From: the human T2T-CHM13v2.0 reference genome, Homo sapiens
Reading direction: 5' to 3' (one strand)
NCBI RefSeq assembly: GCF_009914755.1
Contig: NC_060930.1
Length of the DNA: 64,000 nucleotides
In this document: positions 1-11,769 of the stretch, one piece after another
Layout: every line of letters begins with the position of its first letter
Position numbering within the stretch: the first letter of the stretch is position 1
Made by a program: the position numbers and the translations under genes
Notes under the pieces: generated by a model
Told to the model about the DNA's origin: nothing
Database searches by the model: none
Seen by the model: the letters and a program-made list of their open reading frames with translations, nothing else

Positions 1-860
1 ACTTCAAACCCAAGTCGATACAACTCTTAAATCCTTTATTCTTTCTAAGGCACGAACCTGTCTCTGCTGGGAATTAGCAAAAGGAAAAATTCCTTTCTGG
101 CTTTAAATATGCAGGAATGAGAGTAGCGCAGAGGCTTCCTATTTTCTGAGAGGTTGGCTGGGTCTACACTCAGTTACCACAGAGGACCTGGGAGGTGAAA
201 AGAGATTCTGTATTGGTCTCTTCCTTCATACATTAGTTGAACTTGAAAAGAGAAGTAGAGTCATTAAATTGGTTACCTGACACTTTCTGGGAAGAGGTAA
301 ATATTATCACAGTTTTTCATTTAGACAATGCCAGCCCAGAAATATTAAGAAGTATCTCTCATAGTCAAGGAAGTGGTAATACGGTGCAAGTAAGAAGCTG
401 GGTTGAACTGACATTTTAGATTTCTTACTGGGCTTTAATTGCTACACCATATTTTTAAACATTAAAATGTCTCCGAAGTGTTCGGGCAAGAAATTTTTAA
501 ACATCAAAATGCAATTCTCTGCCTATTAACAGTCATTTAATTTGGAAGTATCTAATTGAGTTTTCAGATTTTAAAGAACTTACGGACTGGAAACTCATAT
601 GCCATATTTCAGCCCCAAGCTAAATTTTTATGGGCAAGTTATAACCTTTCTAATAGACCTTGAACCACTGTGACTTTTCCTTCAGGTATAACTACAATGA
701 TCCTTTGCTTGAGTTTGATCTCCACCTGGACTTGAATCTGTAATGAGTCATCAGCCAGAGTCTATGTTTCCATCTCAGGTAGACAGCTGGGTGAAAAGGT
801 CAAAGAAAGCTGATCTTTTTTAAAATGGTCCCAGCAAAAATATCTCATTTAAACTCTTCT

Positions 861-1190
861 GGCCAGGTGCGGTGGCTAACGCCTGTAATCCCAGCACTTT
901 CGGAGGCCGAGCTGGGTGGATCACGACGTCAGGAGTTCAAGACCAGCCTGGCCAAGATGGTGAAACCCCATCTCTACTGAAAATACAAAAATTAGCCAGG
1001 CGCACTGGCACACGCCTGTAATCCCAGCTACTCGGGAGGCTGAGGCAGGGAATTGCTTGAACCAGGGAGGTGGAGGTTACAGTGAGCCCAGATCATGCCA
1101 CTGCACTCCAGCCTGGGCAACGGAGCGAGACTCTGTCTCACAAAAAATAAATAAATAAAAGAAAAGAAAAATAAATAAATAAAAAATAAA
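861..1190 (+). mobile_element. Alu, full length (AluSg-like)
   Basis: GGCCAGGTGCGGTGG start, dimeric body, GGATCACGA 2-bp-deletion diagnostic with TTCAAGACCAGCC, patterned A-tail. Confidence 0.95.
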
Positions 1191-2224
1191 ATCTGTAAGT
1201 TGGCATTTTCCTTTCTTCTTTGTATCAGTGCCTGTGCTTTGATGAACAGGAGAGAATAAACATTCGGTTTACATAAAATTTGTTAATGTATTTGGCATCA
1301 GGGCTTATGAAGCTTCAGAAAACAAAGAGGTAATAATATTATACTTAAAATGTTAGATTTTATGTCAGATACTGTGGGCATGTTTTTGAACGAGCGTGAC
1401 TTGATACGTAGTCAAGGGACACTTTCATATAAAAGAGGATGGTAATAAGTCACAGGCAAATTAGTGGTGCACACAGATTTCTACGATTAAGCTTAATCCA
1501 AATGTTCCTACAAGAAATGAACTGCAAACAAGCAGGATTCAGGCTTCCAAAGATGTAACCATCCAAAATGCCTACTACAAAATAGTGTGTCTCAGTCTTC
1601 ATAGTTTTATTGTAGTAATTTGAAGGATTAAATTACTACATTTAAGTGGAACTTCCAGAACAATATCTGACAAGTATTGGAGGCTGTATAAATATTTGTT
1701 GAGTAAATGCATGAATAGATGAATGAATAAGAAAGTGACAGCATCAAGCAAGTTCCTTTTGTGTTGCATTGACTTTAAAAAGAGTTTTTAAGTCTGAAAG
1801 TGCTCTCAAGGTGAATATGACTGCACTGCAGAAACAATTCTTGAGCAAAATAAGTTTTCTATGAAAGAATTCCTGCATGGAAAATTACTGTTGGTATCCT
1901 CAGAATTTGTTTGACAGAAACACCAAGGAATTTCAAGGGTAAAGACAACCTGGTTTTTAGCCTCAAGAAGGACAGGTATAGGTTTCCAGGTATGAGGTTA
2001 TGAATGCGAAGGAGAAGCACCTGACATGAGGGATATCTTCACACTTGGATGCAGCCAAATGCCAGTAATATTTCTGAAAGCTTTTCCTGTGGACCGATGA
2101 AGGTGTAGAAGCTGTGGGTTCTACAGAGGACCCAGGACCTATGCCAGGACCTAGATGATGAAGCCACTATGAGGCAATTCATAGTTGCCTGGAAAGGCAC
2201 TGAATCCCTAAAACTGAATATGTG

Positions 2225-2420
2225 GCGTGTAATAGGAACTGCATCATGGATTTTGAAATCAGACTTCTTGAATTTGAATAAAAACTCAACCAGTAGCTAT
2301 GATTCTTACTTGACTTTGTTGAGACTCAGTCTCTTTGTGTGAAAAATGAAGGTAATAAAACCTACTCTATAAAGGAGTGAGTGACTATATGTAAAATGAC
2401 TAGTCTCTTAGTGATTAGCT
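2225..2420 (+). mobile_element. MIR relic
   Basis: Degenerate MIR order of motifs (TTTTGAAATCAGAC...CTCAGTCTCTTTGTGTGAAAAATGAAGGTAATAA...ATATGTAAAATG). Confidence 0.6.
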
Positions 2421-2479
2421 GGATAAATAGTAACAATTGACATTATTGAACAAACACACTTCTACTACTTTAGACAGTT

Positions 2480-2615
2480 ACACATTGTTTATTGTGCATT
2501 TACTATAAGCCAGATGTATGCTAGGTATCATATTTAGTGTTGATTAAACAAATATGGCCTCCATTCTTACAGAGTTTACAGTCTAAGAGGGAAGATAGAT
2601 ATTAAACCAATAATC
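2480..2615 (-). mobile_element. L2 3' end fragment
   Basis: TTTATTGTGCATTTACTATAAGCCAG...GCTAGG...AGAGTTTACAGTCTA resembles the antisense L2 3' end. Confidence 0.6.
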
Positions 2616-2849
2616 TTTAGGCAGAAAATTCAGAAGATATAAAATGGCCTTTGGCGATCCAACAATCCAAGCATTACCATTTCCAACTATTTGTGACTCT
2701 TTTCTTTCCCTGGTCTCCTTCTCTTCTCATGGACTGTAGGGAATTTCAGAAGAAATGTAGGACTATTCACTTCTCTAGTTGTAACAGGTTTCAAAGTTAC
2801 AGGCTTCAAGAAAGCTTAATTTGGGTTATTCAATATCTTGATCAATATT

Positions 2850-3300
2850 TTTATTGCAGAGAATAGAATCTTCTCCAGCTAGCATAAGCAGAATGGTATG
2901 TCCTAGGAAGTATAAATAATTCCCAAACTATTGAGAGATCTGAGGAAATGGGTTCAGGCTGATTTGCCAGAAATGAGCCTCAAACCACACTGCAGAACCA
3001 GACCATTAAGGATGGTGCGTAGAGGTGACAGATATTGATCAGGAAGCTATGAAATAAAGAAATCGCCACCTTACCTTCCAGGTGCAAATCCACGCCTCTC
3101 TGCTACAGTCTACACCAGCAAAGTGAGTGCCTGTACCCTGCCTTTATCCCCATGTGACTCAGTTCTAGATCAAAGTTTTGTGTGCATGCATCTAACTGGA
3201 AGTGCCCAAAGCACATGGAGAGCTGCACTGCAGACGATTGGCAGATGTGGTATCAGCTTTCTGGCCTTGCAACTTTCACAGGGGCCTGGAGTGGGTAAAG
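2850..3300 (-). mobile_element. Old MLT1-type (MaLR) LTR, subfamily uncertain
   Basis: TTGCAGAGAATAGAATC..CCAGCTAGCATAAGCAGAA and GCATCTAACTGG..GCACATG motifs resemble MLT1J-N LTRs. Confidence 0.45.
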
Positions 3301-3848
3301 AGCAAGGCAATGCATAGCATCTATCATAAAAGTAACTGGTAGGAACAGGCTAATTGATTGATCTAGGGCATCTCTTTATAAGAAGAGCAGATTCTCTTGC
3401 CTCTTCAACCATTTCATTGGCTTCATTGCAGAGGAGCTACCCTTTTTAGCTCTTTAGTACCCTGATTCAGTTCAACCTATAATAGATGTTGTCATTCTCT
3501 GGGTCTTGCAATCCTTTTGTAGTAAATGCCCGGCCTGAGAGAGGTGATTTATTAAGAGAATGCTATCAGCATCAGATGTCAGTTTTTTTATGTGCATGGA
3601 GTTTCATTACCAGTTTTGCCATTTGCTAGTTAATATGACTTGCAGGTGCAGCTGGTGAAATGGCTCTAGAAATGGAATGTAATTTCTGTGGCCGATCCAA
3701 ATCTTTCAACCTCCTGATTTGTTTATCGGAAACCAAAACTGTTAAGAAGAAAGTTAAAAAGTAGGGAAAAAAATTTTAAAAAGCTATCATTTGTCATAAG
3801 TTCCAAAACAGAAGTCTGTGTGTGTGTGCATGTGTGTATGTTGACCAA

Positions 3849-4140
3849 ATTTATTTACTTATTTATTTAATTTTTTTGAGATGGAGTCTTGGTGCAGTGG
3901 CGCGATCTCAGCTCGCCGCAACCTCCGCTTCCTGGGTTCAAGCGATTCTCCTGCCTCAGCCTCCCGAATAGCTGGGATTACAGGCGCATGCCAGTATGCC
4001 TGGCTAATTTTTGTATTTTCAGTAGAGATGAGGTTTTATCATGTTGGCCAGGCTGGTCTCGAACTCCTGACCTCAGTTAATCTGCCCACCTCGGCCTCCC
4101 AAAGTGCTGGGATGACAGGCATGAGCCACAGCACCCAGCC
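3849..4140 (-). mobile_element. AluS with short internal deletion near the 3' end
   Basis: Antisense Alu; GAGTCTT joined to GGTGCAGTGG, so the usual GCTCTGTCGCCCAGGCTG is missing. Confidence 0.95.
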
Positions 4141-4306
4141 CCAAAGTTAAACATAACTAATTAGAATCAGGTGAATGTGGATTATGGGTGTTCATAGTTG
4201 GTAAAAATTAAGTTCATCAGTTTCACAGTCCATGCCAACCGTTCATCAAAGACAACATCTTCACAAATAATGTTACTCTCCCATCTGTCTTAGAAAGTTT
4301 TCCTCA

Positions 4307-4340
4307 GCCAGGCGCAATGGCTCATCCCTGTAATCCCAGC
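4307..4340 (+). mobile_element. Alu 5' fragment (~35 bp)
   Basis: AGCCAGGCGCAATGGCTCATCCCTGTAATCCCAGC, then the similarity ends abruptly. Confidence 0.85.
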
Positions 4341-4344
4341 CTCC

Positions 4345-5375
4345 TGGGTGATTGTGACAACCTTTTAAATCTAGATAGAGGAAGCCATGTTCTCACAGCT
4401 CTTGCATTCTCCATGCCTGCAGACTTAACATCATGTGGATGCCACCAAAATTTGCTGTTTGCATCTTCTGAAGCTGTGGCCTGAGCCACACCTGGGCCTC
4501 CTCAAGCCATGGCTAGCACAGCCAAGGGGTGCCGTGCTGGGATGCAGAGAGCAGAGACCTGAGACAGCCCTGGGCAGTAATCCAATGAAGGGTGTCCTGG
4601 GTCTATCCCCTAAAACCATTTTGCCCTCCTAGAGCTCAGCCTGTGATAGGAGGGGCAGCCTTGGAGATCTCTGAAATGCCTCTGGGGTCTTTTTTCCCAT
4701 TGTCTTGAGGAACAGCCCATGGTTTCCTTCTATCTGTACTAATCTCTTCAGTAAATGGTTGCCTGGCCACATCCTGGCATGCTTTATAGTTTTCTACATG
4801 GCCAGGCTGAGAATTTTCCAAGTTTTTCTGCTCTGCTTCCCTTTTAATTATAAATTCCATCCTTAAATAATTTGTTTTCTCTAGCATCTTACTATAAGCA
4901 GTTAAAAGTAGCTGTGCAGCAGCTTGAGTGCTTTGCTGCTTAGATATTTCTTCTGCCAGATAGCCTAGATTGTCACTCTTAAAATCTGCCTTCCGTAAAG
5001 CCCTCAGGCATGGACACAGTGCAGCCAAATTCTTTGCTATGTTTTAACAAAGATGACCTTTACTCCAATTTCTGATATGTTATTTCCCAGTGCCCTCTGA
5101 GACCTCATCAGGATTGCCTTTACTGTCCATTTTTCTACTGACAGTCCAATTGTGACCACTTAAGCAATCACTTAAGAGTTTCAGATTATCCCTAATCTTC
5201 TCTTCTCAGCTCTCACCAGAACTGTCCTTAATGCTGCATTCACAGAAATACAGGCTTTTTTTCTAGCCTATTTCTCCAAATTCTTTCAGTGTCTACCTAT
5301 TACCCAGTTCCAAAGCTATTTCCACATTTTCTGACATTTATTCTAGCAACAATTTCACTTCTTGGTAGCAATTTT
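4345..5375 (-). mobile_element. MaLR (MST-type) internal sequence, 5' part
   Basis: Abuts the LTR via the PBS-side TTGGTA(G/C)C motif; minus-strand ORF 4636-5028 has the MaLR-int-like peptide LGYLAEEISKQQS. Confidence 0.85.
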
Positions 5376-5768
5376 CTGTCTTTGTTTTCTGTTGCTATAA
5401 CAGAATACTTGAGACTGAGTAATTTATAAAGAAAAGACGTTTATTTGGCTCATGGTTCTGGAGGCTGGGAAGCCCAAGAGCATGGTGGCAGCTTCTGGCA
5501 AGGGCTTTAGTACCACATCATAACATGCCACAGAAGCAAAAGGGCAAGTGAGCATGTGCAAAAGAGATCACAAGAGTGAGCCAAGCTTGCTTTTGTAACA
5601 ATCTGGTCTCAGTAGAACTAACTAATTCTTTCATTAATGGCATTAATCCTTTCATAAGGGCTCTGCCCTCATGACCCAATCAACTCTTAAAGGCTCCACC
5701 TCTTAATATTGTTACATTGACAAGTTTCCAGCACATAAACTTTCGGGGGATACATTTAAATCATAACA
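5376..5768 (-). mobile_element. MST-type LTR (MSTC/MSTD-like), 5' LTR of a truncated provirus
   Basis: TGTC..TTTTCTGTTGCTATAACAGAATAC...GGCTCATGGTTCTGGAGGCTGGGAAG...CTCTGCCCTCATGACC...ATCATAACA termini. Confidence 0.9.
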
Positions 5769-6478
5769 TTGCTATATACTGAAGACTGAAAACCAGAGGT
5801 CTACACACATCAGGTAATTTGAAAAATAATGAGCTGAATCAGGAAACCAGCTGGCCAGCAAGTATCCAGTGTGAAGAGGTGGTGGTCACGCCCTGCCTGA
5901 AAATCTAGAGGCTTTGTACCCACCACCTTCCCACAGCCAAAATGTGTGGTTGTCACCAAAAGAAACAGCTACATTGTGGCCCTTAGGACTAGTCCTAATT
6001 TGAGGCACCAGGGACTTTAAAAGCTGTGGTCAAACACTCACATCCCAAGCATTGAACTACTCAAAATGCTTCTTCAGCACTAATCCTGAGTTCTGATTCT
6101 GTTAACTGGGCTTGTAGCTATTCCAGACACCCAGACTGATGAGGGCCCCAGTCCCCATAAGGGTTCTTCATTTATTTCCAGTGCATAATGCCTTGCTTCC
6201 GAATCCACTTAGCCTTCAGTCCCTGTAATATTGGGGTGTTGCTTTGATTGTACCTGCTCTCCACTCACCCTGCAGGTACTAGAGTCCTTCTCTGAACCAT
6301 ACACAGAGGTCCTGTTCCTATTCCCTAATGACAGAGTTTCCCCAAAGCAAACAAAGTTCTTTGTTTACGAATTGACCAGCTCTTGAATTCTTTACTGCTT
6401 GTTAGGTCATCTGATGCCAAATGCTTACCTAGACTCCTGAAAGTTGGCTTTTGTCTACTTCCAGAAACCCCTCAGGTG

Positions 6479-6654
6479 AAGTAGTTCTGAAATTTTAGTG
6501 TGCATCAGAGTCCTCTGGAGGGTCTGTTAAAACACATATTACTGGGCTGCAACCCATGAGCTTCTGATTCTGCAGGCTTGGGGATGGGGCTAGAGAGTTT
6601 CCGTTTCTAATGTGTTCCCAGATGATGCTGGGACCTGCACTTTGAGAACCACTG
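6479..6654. mobile_element. MER5A (hAT-Charlie MITE)
   Basis: AGTAGTTCTGAAATTTTAGTGTGCATCAGA...CTGATTC...CACTTTGAGAACCACTG. Confidence 0.85.
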
Positions 6655-7258
6655 CAGGCCTGCTAACAGATTGTTAGAATAAATGTTCTTTTTTCCAGGA
6701 GGTAAGCCTGTACCCATCCTCTAGGAAGCAAGACTGATTCATGGTCCCAAGGCCTCTGATTTTTCCAAATCTGATTTCAGTTTTTGAGGTCATATCTAGC
6801 CTGATGAAAGTTGGCTATATATGAACAATCTACCCTCTTCAGTATAGTGGCTATTTGACTGAATTCATTCATGAATTCCACTTTCAAACTACTTTGTAGA
6901 TACAGATGCAGAACTATATTTTTTGCAGGATATTTCCTTTTGCAAAGAAGAAACAGGGCTGCTTAAAATACATTATGAAGCTAACCTAAATTACAGAGTC
7001 AGTAACATCATTGCCATTTCCTGAGCCTCTAGTATATAGCCAGCTGTTTCACATATGCATCATTCAAAGTCCTGGTAGAAAAGATATTCCATATTTCCTC
7101 TTGGTAATTTGATGAGAATTCAACAAAGAAACGGTTTACAAAGTGTGGGTAGGGTTTAAGGAAACCACAAAGGATGGCATAGCACCCCAGGGCGAGGAGG
7201 AGTGGGACCCTAGTGCTGACAGGAGTGAGGGTAGCTGTTTAGAAGAAGGCTGCCTGTG

Positions 7259-7562
7259 GGCTGGGCACAGTGGCTCACGTCTGTAATCCCAACACTTTGG
7301 GAGGCCAAGGCGGGTGGATCACCTGAGGTCAGGAGTTCAAGACAAGCCTGATCAATGTGGAGAAACCCAGTCTCTACTAAAAATACAAAATTAGCCAAGC
7401 ATGGTGGCACATGCCTGTAATCCCAGCTACTTGGGAGGCTGAGGCAGGAGAATTGGTTGAACCCAGAAGGCAGAGGTTGTGGTAAGCCAAGATTGTGCCA
7501 TTGCATCCAGCCTGGGCAACAAGAGCAAAACTCGGTCTCAAAAAAAAAAAAAAAAAGAAGAA
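7259..7562 (+). mobile_element. AluS (Sp/Sq-like)
   Basis: Full dimer with GGGCAACAAGAGC; flanking AGAAGAAGGCT direct repeats. Confidence 0.95.
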
Positions 7563-7611
7563 GAAGAAGGCTTCTTTTGTAGGCTTCTGTGCATGAAGCA
7601 GCTGACCCACT

Positions 7612-8109
7612 GCCTGTTTCTCCAGATTCTTTCAGCATCTACCCATTACCCAATCCCATAGCCACTTCCACATTTTCAGATATTTATTCTAGCAACAACT
7701 TCACTTCTTGGTACCTGTTTTCTGTCTTTGTTTTCTGTTGCTATAACAGAATACTTGAGACTGAGTAGTTCATAAAGAAAAGACATTTATTTGGCTCATG
7801 GTTCTGGAGGCTGGGAAATCCAAGGGCATGGCAGCAGCTTCTGGCAAGGGCTTTAGTACCACATTGTAACATGCCACAAAAGCAAAAGGGCAAGTGAGCA
7901 TGTGCAAAAGAGATCACAAGACTGAGTCAAGCTTGTTTTTGTAATAATCTGGTCTCAGTAGAACTAGCTAATTCCTGCATTAACAGCATTAATCCATTCA
8001 TAAGGGCTCTGCCCTCATGACCCAATCAACTATTAAAAGTTCCACCTTTTAATATTGTTACATTGATAATTAAATTTCCAACACATGAACTTTTGGGAGA
8101 TACATTTAA
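7612..8109 (-). repeat. Second copy of the MST LTR plus ~110 bp of adjacent internal sequence (duplicate of 5266-5759)
   Basis: Collinear with 5266-5759; about 47 substitutions and one 4-bp indel by hand count (~90% identical). Confidence 0.95.
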
Positions 8110-8289
8110 CCTGGCAAGGAAGGAGCTTGGAGAGTAAATTTCTGAATCTCCCTCTTCTCTCAACTCTGATCATCCTCTGGTGCCTCCATGGGCATATCCC
8201 ATAGAAAGTCAGGTGGCAAGAGAACTTGTTGAAGCCATTCATATGGGTCAACCTCCCAAGACATAGCACTTATCAAAAAGGGTAAAACA

Positions 8290-8586
8290 ACCAAGTGAGG
8301 TGGCTCACACCTGTAATCCCAGTACTTTGGGAAGCCAAAGTGGGAGGATCACTTGAAGCCAGGAGTGTGAGACCAGCCTAGGCAACACAGTGAGACTCCA
8401 CCTCTCCAAAAAATAATTTGAAAATTAACTAGTGTGGTGGTACACATTTGTAGTCTCAGCTACTTGGAAGGCTGAGGCAGGATAATTGATTGAGCCCAGG
8501 AATTTGAGGCTCAGTGAGCTAGCATTGTGCCATTGTACTTGCTCTGAATGGGAGACAGAGTGAGACCTTGTTTCTAAAAAAAAAAG
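8290..8586 (+). mobile_element. AluJ
   Basis: Dimer with GGGAGGATCACTTGA and other J-type diagnostics; A-tail followed by a G-run. Confidence 0.9.
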
Positions 8587-8599
8587 GGGGGGGTGGGGG

Positions 8600-8730
8600 G
8601 AGCAGACATGGTGGCTCACACCTGCAATCTCAGCACTTTGGGAGGTCAAGGTGGGAGGATCACTTGAGCTCAGGAGTGTGAGACCAGCCTGGGCAACATA
8701 GTGAAACCTTATCTCAATTAAAAAAGAAAG
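8600..8730 (+). mobile_element. Alu left monomer (FLAM_C-like)
   Basis: Single arm ending in an A-rich tail. Confidence 0.85.
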
Positions 8731-8815
8731 ACTAAAAAGAAGTAAGGAAGGAAGGAAGGAAAGAAAGAAAGAAAGAGGAAGGGAAGGGAAGGGAAGGGAA
8801 GGGAATGGGGAAAGA
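8731..8815. repeat. Purine-rich compound microsatellite (AAGG)n/(AAAG)n/(GGGAA)n
   Basis: Directly visible; grows out of the Alu tail. Confidence 0.9.
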
Positions 8816-10584
8816 AGGGTAAAGTGTGAATCTGGAGGGATCCACACAACTTGTTACTGTTATGCAGACCTTTATATCAGCCAAATCAGGAAAACACTAT
8901 TCTCAGCTTACAAGCTCTGAGGGGCTAGGTAGCCTACTTTGTTAACATGGCAAATAGGCTGTAGAGCAATTCACCAGTCCCCTTCATTTATCCTAACCCC
9001 ATTAGAAGAAGGGGACTGAAGAGAAGAGACACCTCCCCAGAGAACCAGGGACCCTCCCCAGGTTCTGTGTTTCTGTCATCCTGGGAATGTTCAGCAGCAT
9101 AGAGAGCTTCATAGCATGTGCTTCTGAGAAGCTGGGACTAGGCGGTGTGTTGTTGGGGGTTCTGGGTTTGTTGGGAGAAAGCCTGGCTTCCGATGCTCAG
9201 CGTTTCCTCTAATTGTGCAGCATCACTGCACAGACCAGAGGAAGGACATATGTATTCCCTGGGGTCTACGAGAAATAGCAAAAAGGCCTGACGTAGATTA
9301 AGCCTTGCTTCCTTCTTCTGGTACATTGGTACATGTCACTCCCTTCTTTGCTAGTCAGTCACTGACTTTCTGTGAATATCATCAACAGTCAGTCGTTATT
9401 TACCAAATGCTATCGTGTACAGGGCTGGTATGCAGGTCTCACATTTTTCATTGTAAATAATAGTACTTGTGAAACCTTTGGTTCGAAGATTTCGATCTTT
9501 GTCATCAATTACATCTCAGAATAATTTACTTGATGCTTATTAATGATTTCAGCATTCTTGGGTGAAAGGCATTATACATCTTTTATTTTTCTCTACGGAT
9601 GTAGAGTTGAAGGAGAAAGATTTTGCAAGTTGACATTTTTATTTTTTGCAACACTGAACGTTTCACTGCCAAACATGACATGAGTACCTTAAAAAAACCC
9701 AAAGTAACTGTTCTAGAAGTTCAAACACAAGTTATTCAGCAAAGTGCCTTCTGTCTGCCTGTGACCTTTGTGCCAAGGTTTAAATTCAGCAAGCAGAGAA
9801 AGGCTGAGAAAAATGATCTAAGGAAGCTCTCTTTATGGAAGGAAGGGGAGGGATTTAGAACAGGTTCAAATGTCTTCAGAAGCAGAGCAAAGAAAGAACT
9901 GTGTGTGAGGGGAGTGGGGAGGCTGGCGAGGAAGACTAAGGACCCAAGAATTGGAGGATCCCAGGGCACTGTGAAAACTCTCACCCATCTGTAGGGCAAA
10001 TTCTCTTGACTGCAGTTAGTTCAAGGAGGGTGAAAATAAGATCGTGGCAACACATGATGCAACCTGTGTCTGCTTTTCCTAGTCAACAGTTACCTATCCA
10101 GGCAGTGAAAAGTGTGGCGTTAAAGCTTATCAGCATCACAGCAAATGCAAACCTTAGAGAGAAGGGAGCGAGCAGGTAACAGCAGGTGCAGGGAAATTTA
10201 AGACACTGCAGAGCCCACATTATGAACACATAATGATCATGTGGGTGTCTGCTTTATCTCTGCTGTGGAACATTGTGATAAATTATTAATAAAATGGTTT
10301 GTGTAAGCAGTGATGAAAAGGAGACCTATTTTTGCCCAACAAACTGAAGCAAATTGGAGGCAAGGGGTTTTTACTTTTCAGTCAGAATTTTGAAAATACA
10401 TTAAAAACAAATATGTAAATGGTATCTGTGCTCTTCATAAATTCATAAATAAAAGGGAATAAAAGAACAAAGCTTGAATCAGAACAAATATCTCTAAGTA
10501 AAGTTAACTAAGGAAGTGTGGTGTTTCTGATATTTAGCCATACACCCCATTGACTCCAATGCCGAAGATAACTGTTTTTTTACT

Positions 10585-10686
10585 CTTTTATTTTTTTTTT
10601 GGAAATGGGGGTCTCACTATGTTGCCCAGGCTGGCTTTGAACTCCTAGCCTCAATCAATCCTCCCACTTCAGCCTCTCAAGTAGTC
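10585..10686 (-). mobile_element. Alu monomer fragment (FLAM/AluJ left arm)
   Basis: T-tract, then GGGGTCTCACTATGTTGCCCAGGCTGG...CTCCCACTTCAGCCTC. Confidence 0.85.
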
Positions 10687-11769
10687 AAACGTTAATTTGA
10701 AACTATCTTGAGAATGTGACACAAAGATGCTGAATTTCTTTAAAATGCATGTGACAATTGCTACGGAGCAAGACATCCGGGGAACTTCCTTTTTTGGAGT
10801 GGGGATGGGGGGGAACATCTGTGTACACATCTACACATCTGTGGTTCAATATAATTGGGTTGTTTCTTTTTGCCTTTTACTGACATACTGTTGTGAATGT
10901 TGTGATACAGCGGAAGCTGTCAAGATAAGACTCCTTCACCACCAGGGTTTCACACAGGCTTTACTAGAAAGGACTGCCTGTGGCCTGCGCCGCAGAGGAG
11001 GGACCCAGAAAAGTGCACATGTGCTCAGTCTATCCCCACCCATTCATTTTCTCTGCAGGGTCTGTATTGGACCTGATGTCACCACCGTGTTGTTCTGAGT
11101 CAGATTGGATGAAATTCCTTTACTGGGACTTCGCTGAGACTAATTGGATACAGTGTGTTGTTCTGACTTAGAAAACACATTGCTCGTAATTCTGATATTT
11201 ATTACCAAAGGACTTCCAGGAAGAGTTTGTGAATCAGTTACTAGAACCTGAGGACTCATGCATATGACTATGTATGTATTTATGGTTCCGTGATATGGAG
11301 TTCAAAACCAAGCAAGCACTCTGAGGTCTCAACTTCCTGAGTCCTACACTGCATGTAGGACATTTCTTACTGTGGACTTATGAGTCCATAAACCTTTATT
11401 GGCTCCATTGCTGCTTTGCTGAGACACCTCCCACCGCTGTTACGTTCTAGAACTTGTCATTCATCTTATTTCTAGCTCAGTTTACTACTCCATAACTAAT
11501 GGCTGCTAATATTTACTCACTCCTGAGTGGTATTAAGAGATTTCGAACATGTAAAATGATATATTTGAAAAGCATCCAGAAAATATTGTCATGTTTGAGA
11601 ACTTGAACAAGATCAGTGTGGAAGAGATGGGAGCAGTTTGGACAAATAGCACCGATTCCATGCACCTATTACTTTAAGTCAGTTACTCAGCTTAAAGAGA
11701 CTTGTTTTTAAAGGCTGGAGACCAAGAAAAAATTGTTTCAATGTTGATTGATCCATAGAAGCATACAGG

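Larger units (their letters stand above)
7090..8845 (-). mobile_element. Ancient ERV LTR (LTR78/79-like, family uncertain), split by three Alus and the MST copy
   Basis: Pieces at ~7090-7258, ~7565-7610, ~8110-8288 and ~8812-8845 read as one continuous LTR (GGTGCCTCCATGGGC..GGCAAG..GGTCAACCTCCCA..GAAGGGT..GAATCTGGAGGG). Confidence 0.5.

Noticed and set aside
5376-8109. Two MST LTRs read as the ends of one provirus
   Set aside because: Both carry the PBS-side internal sequence on the same side, and the DNA between them is not MaLR internal
9623-9999. 123-aa Lys/Arg-rich ORF
   Set aside because: Non-ATG start, purine-rich composition explains it, no domain recognised
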